DNA of 64,000 nucleotides from Balamuthia mandrillaris (Eukaryota): NCBI GenBank assembly GCA_031835245.2, contig JAVKOQ020000001.1, positions 124,001 to 188,000 of the forward strand, read 5' to 3'. Shown piece by piece: positions 24,988 to 35,289 of this stretch (position 1 is its first letter; each line of letters starts with the position of its first letter). The notes under the pieces were generated by a model. It saw only the letters and a program-made list of their open reading frames with translations, ran no database searches and was not told where the DNA came from. The position numbers and the translations under genes were made by a program.

Positions 24988-25051
24988 ATACGAGTTAACT
25001 GTAGGGTAATGCTTTGTCAATTTTTTTTGAAGAAAGTATTGGCATTACAAT

Positions 25052-26578
25052 TTAAATGTTTGAAGGAGGAACAGTTGTTTGGTAGATGATCCTTAGCCTG
25101 CCATCAGTCACATGTCCAATCTCTTGCCCAGAAAGGTTAACAAGAGTGGCACTGGGGTGAGCAAAAGACAATCTGTGGAATGAGTCCTGTAACAGAACAT
25201 GCGTTTACTGAGGAAATGCTCTCAATGCAATAAAATCAAGAGACATACCTTAAGCAATCCCCAGCCAAATACAATGTGGCTGTCTTTGTACCATGACTGT
25301 TGGTCCGTCAGAATGAAAATATCACTTTGTTGAACTGTGATAGAGAACGAAGTAAACGCTGAGTCCTTGTGAATTTCAGCAGGTTCGAGGGTCATAGTAA
25401 ACTGGGAAGTGGACAGAGGAACTGCTGCTCCAAACGAGTCAGCCCACACGTCTAAACAACTGTGGTTAGCAATTGCATTCACACAAACAAGCAACACACA
25501 ATAGAACAGTACCTTGCTCGCTGTACATGTGAGAGGACAAACCGGTGTCAATCAGCACGTTGAAGACATCGGAAGCAATGGTATGTTCAGCATGAGTAAT
25601 ATAATTGGTGGTTGTAATTCCAGAACCAGCAATTTTGATTCTGGCACCAAACATCCAGAATGGACCGTTTACTCCAAGCATGATGAGAGGGTTATCGAAT
25701 GTGTGTACATGTCCACAACCAGCATCAATCAAAAAGGTGTTGTCAGCAGGGTTTTCATGGAACTTAAATTCAAAGAAGATACATTCTCGAGCATTGTTTG
25801 TGTCATGGTCCCAGATCCAATCAGTTGCAGGGTTAAGAGGCCAGTTTGAGGTGCGTTCTGGTCTATCATTTGACGAAGGGGGAGGGGCAGGGGCAAGACC
25901 CCAGATTGAAGGTATCACTGGAAGGTTATAAGCAAGGTTGACTTTGCCTGTGCCATCAAGGAGGGTGGCAATTTTTGGGGTGTAGGAGTAAAAGAGTGAA
26001 TAGCGAGGACACCTTCCTTGGTGTGCAGCATTTGGAGAGTTGGCACATTCAAAGTAGGGCTGGGAGCTTTTAGCAACAAAACCTCCAGTAGTGGAACCTA
26101 AATAATACTTCCAGCCTTCAGCAGAGAACCTTGGTATTTGGTTTACAGCCTGAGAGTTAATGAAAGTTGATGTCCATGGTTGATCTGGAATAGTGTCAAA
26201 GATTGACTTCCATTTATCAATGGCATTGGCAGCCCCAGTGTTGCCAATAAGGTCAATAAACCCACGTCTAGTTTCAGGTATAAGAGGATACCCTTCTACA
26301 GAGGGATCATCTGTCACACGGTATCCACCAGCAAGCACAAAGGCCCCATAGGAGCCAGTGTCAAGTATATTGCGAATGGCCCACCAGTCGAGGGTAAAAG
26401 GGTTTCTTCTAACAAATTCAATAGTTGGGTGAACTGCATGACCAAAGGTATCTTCTAAAATAGGACTTTCATAGTTGATAAACAATGTATTTTGCCATAC
26501 CATATCAGAATAATTCTGACCAAATACTACAATACAAAAAGTAGCAAGCAAAATACACACACAAGTGTAACGTATCAT
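25052..26578 (-). CDS. Unknown secreted protein A (467 aa; exons 26578-25513, 25451-25249, 25186-25052)
   Basis: Signal peptide MIRYTCVCILLATFCIVVFG. Two short GT-AG introns (61 and 62 bp; intron 1 has a CTAAC branch point). The spliced CDS is 1404 nt and stays in frame to a TAA. Paralogs at 39707-40775 and 60234-61220. Confidence 0.85.
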
Positions 26579-26808
26579 TTTTATACTTTCAAAACCATAA
26601 AGAAAGTAATGTATGAAGACTATTTATATTTCATTATTAATCAACTTTCTCTATCCTAATTTAGAACTATATAAAATTACTTAAATAAGTAATATGGCTA
26701 TTGATTCCAAAAATGGCAAAAATATTTTCACCTCCTGGGCAAAGGAGCATAAAAATTTGAAAGATAAAAAGGCAACACTTTTCTTTTAAAATAGACATAT
26801 TCATCAAG

Positions 26809-29001
26809 ATGTTGAAGCTTGTGTTTCTTCTGCTTCTTCTTACCTCTATAGTTGTGGCACAGAAATGTATTTCAGACACTGGGTTAACAGTGGACTCTAC
26901 TGTGGACCATTTTCGTTGCTCTCAAAGCATGATACCATGTGCATATGATGCAACCAACACACTTAAATGTGTAAATCACCGTGCAGGCTGTAATCAGATG
27001 TTATCTACAGACCCAACTATCACAACTGATTTAAGGCGAGCTATGTGTCCTGGTGCTCATCCTATGGCAAAGAGCATTTCAGCTGAGTGGGCTGCTCAAC
27101 AAGGCATATCAACTTCTTATTGGTTGTGGTATTCCCATGAGCGTGACCTATCTAAGAGACTACCTTGGCAATATTCTGACCTGTCAGGAGCAGGTGTTGA
27201 TCTTCCTAGACCCTTGAAACCAAAATTCTTGGCTTTAGCAAACGAATTAGTGATGGACTGCAAAATGTGGGCAAATCACTATGGCCTTGATGTCAACACT
27301 TGGTGCTTTAAGATTACCCCTCCAGATCTCACTACCTATCCTCATCTTGCTGTTTATGCTGAGTTTACGGGTGGTACTAAGAGTTCTGCTCAGTATATAT
27401 GGTCATCTCCAGCAACTGGAAATTGGCATTCTAATCCTGATTTAGCTTGTAACCCAAATGATATCAGCGATCAATCAAGTTATTGTATCTGGTATGATGG
27501 AACAAACACTGGAAAACCTGGATCTTGGTCAAAACCTATGACAGACTTGAGTTTTGTTAGATATGATGATACAACAGTCTTTCCACTTGAAGACAGAATT
27601 TGGGGAGGTTATGCCTGTGATCTTAGTGACCTTTCCATCTATAAAGCAGATCATTATACCTGTTCCTGGCAATTCACTGGTGCTGCAGTTTCCAACTGCC
27701 GTGACCCTGCAACCAACAAAGTTGTTTCCAGTAAATGTACTCGCACCCCTGATTGTAGTGGAGCATGGTTGACTTGCTCCAATGCTGAGACCAGACAATC
27801 AGCCTACAGAGATGATGACTTTGAGGATAGGCAAGTCAAGGTGATTGCAAATACCGGAACTACTGCAGGAGTTTACTTTAGGGATGAGCAAACAAGCAGT
27901 TTGTGGTACCCTTTCAATGCTGCAGATACCATCTGTTTCCTATTAGAATGTATAACACCAACTTCTTGGACTTGGGGTGGCAACACTTGGTCAACTACTG
28001 GCTGTGGCAACAAGTGTTGTACACTTAATGCACCACCAAACACTTTACCATCAACTTTTTGTTGTGCTGACACGGTTGTGAATGGCATATACAGAAGGCC
28101 TTTTCTTCCTGCACCAGCCGAAACCACATACACAATTGATTATATTCTTGATAACTTGGCGGGTAACCCAACTTATGTCTCAACTGTCCAAACGACGGGA
28201 ATGACCAAAGTATGTGGAACCAAAGTGTATAAATATGAAACCACTGCCAACTTGGATGACCTTCAAACGTGGGCTCGTGGAGCCTTATCTCTTACCACTG
28301 GAGGAACTTGGGGTGATTGGGCTAACTCAGCACATGACCCTAAAATCTATTATGTTCCAACCACCTCTGAATACCGTTTCGATGTGGTTTCCAACACTAA
28401 AGCCAAGTCTGATCAAATTTCGTTCAGAATGTCTGACCATTTTGCTGGCATGTTCCGCTACGGTGGTGCCTATGTGGATCCCAACTTTCCTGCCACTCTT
28501 CAAGATTTCTTTGACAAGCAAGAGGCTCACGACTTACTGGCCTATGGTCTCGCCAACAACCAGAGTGGCACTGCACAAACGGATCTTCTCAACAGAGCTT
28601 ACCCTGCAGACCAATCTTATATCACTGATTTGGACTATGAACCACTTGAATGTGACGATGCCCGCACTCCTAATGTGTTTATTAATTCCAACGGCAAACT
28701 TGCAATTTTCATTCCTGCTTCTACCAGATATTACACCTACACCAAGGTAACCGGCCCACCTGTTAGCTTCACGAAATCAACTTCTTCTTCCGTTATGGGT
28801 TCCAGTCAAGGAGCTGTTGACGTGTTGCCTACCAGCAGTGACACATCAATGACTTCCTTTAGGATTCCTTGCAGAGCTACTTCTGACCCTGCCTCAAACA
28901 TTAACTTTATTGACTGTGCTGCTTTGCCCTCTTCATTTTCCAGCACCGCTGGTTGGCCGTATGCCTCATACACAGGAAGCTGTACTCCTTATAGGACTTA
29001 A
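26809..29001 (+). CDS. Unknown secreted Cys/Trp-rich protein B (730 aa, intronless, two domains)
   Basis: Long uninterrupted ORF with signal peptide MLKLVFLLLLLTSIVVA. No obvious C-terminal transmembrane segment. Paralogs at 17109-18288 and 57620-60040. Confidence 0.9.
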   Translation: MLKLVFLLLLLTSIVVAQKCISDTGLTVDSTVDHFRCSQSMIPCAYDATNTLKCVNHRAGCNQMLSTDPTITTDLRRAMCPGAHPMAKSISAEWAAQQGISTSYWLWYSHERDLSKRLPWQYSDLSGAGVDLPRPLKPKFLALANELVMDCKMWANHYGLDVNTWCFKITPPDLTTYPHLAVYAEFTGGTKSSAQYIWSSPATGNWHSNPDLACNPNDISDQSSYCIWYDGTNTGKPGSWSKPMTDLSFVRYDDTTVFPLEDRIWGGYACDLSDLSIYKADHYTCSWQFTGAAVSNCRDPATNKVVSSKCTRTPDCSGAWLTCSNAETRQSAYRDDDFEDRQVKVIANTGTTAGVYFRDEQTSSLWYPFNAADTICFLLECITPTSWTWGGNTWSTTGCGNKCCTLNAPPNTLPSTFCCADTVVNGIYRRPFLPAPAETTYTIDYILDNLAGNPTYVSTVQTTGMTKVCGTKVYKYETTANLDDLQTWARGALSLTTGGTWGDWANSAHDPKIYYVPTTSEYRFDVVSNTKAKSDQISFRMSDHFAGMFRYGGAYVDPNFPATLQDFFDKQEAHDLLAYGLANNQSGTAQTDLLNRAYPADQSYITDLDYEPLECDDARTPNVFINSNGKLAIFIPASTRYYTYTKVTGPPVSFTKSTSSSVMGSSQGAVDVLPTSSDTSMTSFRIPCRATSDPASNINFIDCAALPSSFSSTAGWPYASYTGSCTPYRT

Positions 29002-29989
29002 GTCTATGAATGTTTTGCATAATATAAAGTTGACATAAAATAAAACCATCACACTTTATTCCTGTCATTTCTGAATGTCCAGTTTCTTTTGTTCAAGAAC
29101 AGTGTCAAATGTTGATTGTATAACATGCAATCACTATCCTATCTGTCAGCTTTATTGTCCTCTTTTTCTTCAAAAAATTAAGAATGCTCTATGTTCGTTG
29201 GGTTTGTGAAGACACAGCAAAAGATGCAGGTGAAAGGGAGTCGAATTGGAGGCTGATTTGAGAACGGGAAAGGGTCAAAAGAGGCTCAGCCAAGATGAAT
29301 GAAGCTAAGTGTGAGGACAAACCAAAAAGCACACAAAATGGGCTCCATAAACAAGGTGGTGAGCGGAGTTTAAGAAAGGATTCTGTTTTCAAAATGGGGT
29401 TGGTTGGTCAAAAAAAAACAGGTGGATGAAAAGGGTTTATTACAGAGTTGTAGGTGGTTTGGGTTGTGGACGAGACAGGAGCGCTGAGATCCTCTGTTTC
29501 CTCACCATCAACCATTCCCTCATCCTCTGATAGTTGAAGCACAGGGGTGAAGGCGTGGTAGGCTGCCTGTCCTTCACTTTGTCTTTGAGGGACGATGAAG
29601 TACGCACAAAATATATGGATCACGCAGCTTCAGCAAAAGCGACTCCTCTCTGTCGACATCTGCATTAAAAACGTGATATCTGCATTTGTACTTGCAGTCA
29701 CTTTGCAGGGACCAATCTGAGCATCTCCACTAGCGTCCTTATTTCTTTTTTCAGGGCATCGCAACTGGCTCGCGATCACTCACACGCTTCCCTTGTCCAA
29801 CTGGTAGTACGAGGTATTCGCTCCTCCCTCACGTTCAAACTCTGTTTCTTTTTCTCCTTCCCTTATCTCTTTCTCCCTTTTCTCTCATTCAGAGTATGCT
29901 GTAAAGTGTTTGCTCAACTTCTTGAGTTGTATTCATTCATCTCCCCTATATTTTCATGTCATGGCATCATTTTTGCTTGTTTTGCAATG

Positions 29990-31195
29990 CGACATCATTT
30001 CTTTTACAGTACTTATCGTTTTTTTTCTTTTCCCCTTGGAACAGATGCTTTGCTGGCCAGTTTATCATCCTCTGGAAATGTGTCATCACTGGCTGACTCA
30101 TCGCCCCACCGAACATAGGGGTTGTGGATGAGCTTGCTTCCCTGGGGCAAGCAACTAACCCATGCAACAAGAGATATTGGGATGCTTGAGTTAGACGCAG
30201 GTCTAGAAGATGGCAACGATGCTAGAGAAGAAGAGGAAGATGAAGAGAGCCACATCATTGGAGTTTTTGAACAACAGGAGGATGACGACGAGATGACGAA
30301 CACAGACCACCACTTTATGAATATGACAATGACATCGATGATGACGAAGAGGAGAAGGCAATGAAGAGGAAGAGGACAATAATAAATACGAAGAAGAAAA
30401 AGAAGAGAGAAGAGAGAAGAGAGAAGCTAAAGATGATGATGAAGATAAGGACCAAGATGAAGAAGCAGACGAAGGCGATAAAGACGAAGACGATGATGAA
30501 GGAGAAGTGGAGGAAGAAGATAGCAGCGGTTGGATGACTTAGTGTTGGGCGCAATGCTTTGGACAACCAAGTGGCGCCGAGACGAGCAGCACCGGCAACC
30601 TTGGGAAGCAGATGCTCAAAACGCTCTCGTTTCTTGCTTGTTTATTCTCATTATGGTCTCAATACACTCTTTTTTGCTCCTTACATCAATCGTCTTTAAG
30701 CCTCTTTTGGCTCAAAACACGCACATCCCGGTTTCTTTGTTGCCTCAAAACCCACTCACCGCTGTACACTTTTGACCGAAAATAGATCTTCATCAACTGC
30801 AAATACCTTGACGAAACCGACGCCCATCTCCCACCACACGAAATGTGAAAGAACCTCAACCCCTATACAAACATTTGATCACGAAAACCTCGAAGAATTC
30901 TCTGGATTTTGCGCAGCACAAGCCCAGCTGCATCACTCAGCTACTGTACTCCGAACCTTCCAAACGTCATTAAACACTCCACTAAACCTCAAACACTCAA
31001 GCATTGTCTAGACAGGATACAGTTTCATACTCTGCGGTGCACCAATCAGCAAAGAAGCAAGGTGACATCACACTCTAGACCTAATACGCCGTATCAGAAC
31101 ATGCAATGTACAAGCAGTTGCAACTACGGTACGTAGACAAGGAGACCAAAGAAAGAAAGACTTCCAAAAGTAGTTGGAGGCATGGGAGAGATAGT
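29990..31195 (+). mobile_element. Internally deleted derivative of the 5' part of the piggyBac-like element, in inverted orientation
   Basis: 30600-30760 is the reverse complement of about 9940-10090. 31000-31130 matches 9710-9850. 31140-31190 matches 9220-9270 (QRKKDFQKSLEAWER). Confidence 0.8.
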
Positions 31196-31249
31196 ATAGA
31201 ATGGTAAGGAAGAGCCGTGGGAAGGCTGAGTGATAGGAAAGACGAGCCG

Positions 31250-31830
31250 CAAGCCTTTTTACCACAACAATTTTTGAAGTGACCGAAGGATAAACACAAC
31301 TTGTACACTCCTACGTTTGCATCAACGTACCCTCCTCCTCGAACAAATGTCACTTTTGTATGTTTGTAGACGACAAAACACGTAGGGTCTGGGTCTCGCT
31401 ACTGAACACTAAGAAGAATTTGGAGAACTTCACTGCAATTTATGGAAGAATCCAAACCAAGTAAATCGACTTAGCAATGATGGAAGCGTGTACATCGACA
31501 GTGGCGTAGTGCAAACTCTTCGAAGGAGTATAGTTTAAATGATCAACTCCATCGTGCACAGAATGGAATGGCTGAGTGGATGAACAGAACGCTCATGGAC
31601 GTAGTCAGGTGCATGCTGCATCATTCTGGAGTCTCACTGACGTGATGGGGCGAAGCGCTGATGCTGGCAGTTCGGAGAACGAATTTGTTAGAGACAAAGA
31701 ATAAGACTCCAGAAGAACTTTGGTTTGGACAGGAACCATCGTTGGATCGCATCCGTGTTTTGGAATGAAGGTCTACGGGTTGATTCCGAAGGAACATCGA
31801 AAGGAACTGGACTCAGAGCAGCAGCCGTAG
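31250..31830 (+). mobile_element. Degenerate Ty1/Copia integrase fragment
   Basis: FCMFVDDKTRRVWVSLL, QNGMAEWMNRTLMDVVRCML...WGEAL and KTPEELWFGQEPSLDRIRVF, with stops and frameshifts. Confidence 0.85.
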
Positions 31831-32082
31831 TATCCAGTGGTGCAGATCTGCTCAGTGAGGATAATCGTTGCCATCGCGACTTACGAAGGATCGTTAATGC
31901 AGATCTGCATTAACACGGAGCACGTACAGGTGATACTATTTTATGAAATTTCGATCAATAGTTTTTTTGTCGAGCAGAACAGGAAAGCGCTATGGACGTC
32001 CGAAAAACTTTGTATGGGTTTCCCTGCTAAAGTTCACAGCTTCGGTTGTGAACATTTTTTGTCGACAAAGGGAGACCAAAAA

Positions 32083-34011
32083 ATGGAGAGAAAAGAGTAC
32101 AGGAAGCTATGGATGCAGCAAGACCGAGCCAAAAAGAAACGCGAAAGGGAGGAGAAGGAAGAACAGGAACAGCGGCTGTTTGAAAAGAAGAAAAAACAAC
32201 GCAGGAAAGATGCCAAGCAGAAGCGCCTTCAACGACAAGATAGGAAGGAAAAGGAAGAGCTAAAACACCACCAAGAAAGCAAGGAGCTTGAGTACCTGCG
32301 ACAGCACTGTAAAGAGTTGGAAGGAAAGCTGCAGAAAAGAAAACAGCAACTTATTGAACAACAGGTATCACAAGCCTACTTGTAGAGTATGACTTTGGTT
32401 ATTCTTGTTGTTTAATAAGTTGATGTTTTCTTTAGCAAACAACGGAGGAGTTGAGGCAGCAACTGGACAAGCAACATTTACAACGTGAAAATGAAAGAAA
32501 AAGAGAGAGAACAACAAACCATATCACTGCTTAAGCTTATCAACCGGTTGATTGAGCTTTGTAAGTCAATGAACCAAAACAATCCTTTACGGCGGCAGTT
32601 GGTGGCTGTGTTAACACAAGACTGGAAGAAGAAAGAAGTATGCTCAAGATTGCAAATAAGTCCAGCAATGCTTTGGCGAGGAAGAAGAGACCTTGTACTG
32701 AAGAGACCTATTTGGCGAATTGTTCAAAGGGCACCAAACATTCAGCAACCAAGGCGTCGGGCAGCAGCTAAGCAGCAATTCTGGGCAATAGTCGATGACA
32801 TTGCTCCCTGCCCATCAGGTCGGAACTACCACGTCTACGTTGGAACTAGAAGAGGGTTTTATAAGGCCTATATGAGAGAACACAGACAACGAGGACATGT
32901 AGGTGAACCATTGTCATATGGAGAGGTTATGTACCATCTCTTGGCCCGACGAAGAGGAAGAAATCAAGAAGAAGCTGCAAACCTTGTACGGTTCCATTGG
33001 AAGAGAAAGGCAAAATGGTGTCACAAGTGTAGACGCTATGAAGAGCTTGCAGCAAAAAAAGAAGTCAACGGGTTGGATGAAGAGGAAAAAAAGGAATGGC
33101 CAAAGCTAGAAGATCATCATTGCTTGCAGTATGCCCAGCGTTCCCATTACCTAAAGGTACAGACTTAGTTGCTTTGGTCTCTGAACAAAAACCTTACATT
33201 ACCTGAAAAGACAAAACATCAGCTGGCGCAAGGTGAGGCTCTTATTCTTCAAGACTTCACACAACTCAAGACTGAAGCTGGGGGCTTCTATCAAGACCTA
33301 ATCATCGTGTGGTTTGAGAGAGAAGCAGATGGTCAGCTTACGAGCCATTATCAACACTTCTTAACGGACAAGAAAACAGAAAGAAGTGAAGAAGGAAAGA
33401 AGACAAAAAAAAGGTACACAGCAGACCTTAACTTCGTGGCAGGCGTGTGGGAGAAGCTTTTGGAGTCAACATGGAAGGACTTCAAAAAGCTCATCGTCTT
33501 CTCGGATGGGTGTGGCCGGCAGTTTAAGTGCACGAAACACATGGCATGGATGCAGTCAGTTGCCTGTGACAAAAATCTTCCTGTAGATTACAACTTCTTT
33601 GCTTCAAACCACGGCTACAACCAGTGTGATGTTATCGGTGCTCAGGCGCAACGTACCTTGGTTTGTTGGGAACTGGACCAAGGCAGCCAAGGCAAAGATG
33701 CAAGGCTCAAAGTTCCAAAGGACATAGCAGCTGTCATTTCTACCACGAAAGGCCATGAAGGTTCTGTTGCTCCGGAACCAAAGAAGATAGAGAAAGTTAC
33801 CACACGGCAAGGCCTTAAAGATTGGCATCGAATAGAATACCAACCAGAGGGCACACTTCGCGTTTGGCATGCTTCCACGGATAAGGCTCCACGAGCTACC
33901 TTGAAGCTCACCAACCACAAAAGCTTCGTTTTTACAACAGGCGCAGACAGTAGGAAGGCGCGTGAGGAGGCCAAAAAGCAACCACCTCCTTCTCCTGCTG
34001 CTTGGGAATGA
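32083..34011 (+). mobile_element. Sola2-like DDD transposase gene, 3 exons, near-intact (one frameshift near 32490-32520)
   Basis: WCHKC...H, LILQDFTQ, VFSDGCGRQFKC and FFASNHGYNQCDVIG resemble the Sola2 motifs DF / SDGC..Q.K / HGK..CD. Introns at 32365-32435 and 33157-33210. A second copy is at 49063-50190. Confidence 0.75.
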
Positions 34012-34335
34012 CTTCGCTTTCTTCTCTCTAATATTTTTTTGTCTACAATTGTTGACGTCAGCAACTAACGATCAATCGAAAACTTGCTGACAGAACACCT
34101 GCAATTGCTCTGTGTCATGGATGAGGTATCATGTTAATTTTATGCAACTCACCGTCGATTCACAAAATAGCCTTTTTCTCTCTTTCTTGTTTCTTTTTAT
34201 TTTCTTTTAAAATAAACTGCTCAGGGCAAGCGTGTATCAGTCAACAATTTTGATTAGATTACAACTCTGAGTGGATAACTGGTGCTCTTCACTTCCAAGA
34301 ACTTCAAAAAGTTTATTAAACTAATGAACACCTCT

Positions 34336-34950
34336 TTATGGTTTAAAAGGTTTGAAGCTAGGAGTGTAAATCTTTTGAGGTGGAGCACTTTTACATGTTT
34401 CAGTACTCTTACAAGGTAGCAAAACAAGATGTGTATGAATAAGTTCAAACCCATATAAACCAATAATTTGAACAAAATAAGTTCCTTCAGATAATACTTT
34501 GAAATTATGCCAATCTCCTGGTGCTCCAGCATAATGTTCTAAAATTAGGCCATAACAACTGTCTTGTGTCATAACGAGTTTTGAATTGGTTTGATAAATA
34601 CTGAATCTGGAATCCCAACTCCATACACCACACTGTTTAGCTGGCACTTTTACTTTAGCAACCAAACTCATATTTGCAAAAGATGGTAAGTAAGAAGGTT
34701 CTTGTGACAAGTCCCAGTAAAACTCAAATTGTTCATTAGAGGCTAACTCTATTATTTCTGGAGTGTCACAAGTAGGTTGTACACAAGGGATTTCATCAGC
34801 AAGATCTCGACAATTACAATCAAGACAGCACCACTTCAAACTTTCTTCTAGTAATATTTCACCATCACCATTTTCGCCATAATGGCCAAAACAGATTGTT
34901 TGGCTTTGTACACCTGAAACAAGTACTATAAACAAGAATGTCCACAACAT
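34336..34950 (-). CDS. Unknown small secreted protein (~204 aa) with a Cys-rich N-terminus
   Basis: MLWTFLFIVLVSGVQS signal peptide, then a WCCLDCNC...PC..PTC cluster. Intronless, AT-rich ORF. Confidence 0.65.
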   Translation of the reverse strand: MLWTFLFIVLVSGVQSQTICFGHYGENGDGEILLEESLKWCCLDCNCRDLADEIPCVQPTCDTPEIIELASNEQFEFYWDLSQEPSYLPSFANMSLVAKVKVPAKQCGVWSWDSRFSIYQTNSKLVMTQDSCYGLILEHYAGAPGDWHNFKVLSEGTYFVQIIGLYGFELIHTHLVLLPCKSTETCKSAPPQKIYTPSFKPFKP

Positions 34951-35289
34951 TGAGATTAATTTTGATTTTTTTTGGTACAGATATACAATTTTAACAATAG
35001 GTAAGGAAATACAAAATACCAAAAACATCCAATAAAGGAAATATAAAAATATTTCCTTTTTCAGTCTTTTTCCACTCTCTTATAATATCCATCTCTGTCT
35101 CTCCTTGTATATATCCATTAAGCTGTTCTCCAGCCCTTTATACAGCTTTTTTCTTTATAAATATGTATCATTTTGAACCTAATATTTTAGTTTTTTTAAC
35201 TGTTTCTCAGTGAAATAACAATAAGAAGATGAATAATAAATATATCCTACCTTCATGCCAAGCTTCTATATGTCATTTCTCTTGCCTAT

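Noticed and set aside
25052..29001. Endogenous giant virus or Polinton origin of the A/B pair
   Set aside because: No capsid, packaging ATPase, PolB or other viral hallmark gene is visible, and A has spliceosomal introns. It cannot be fully excluded without searches.
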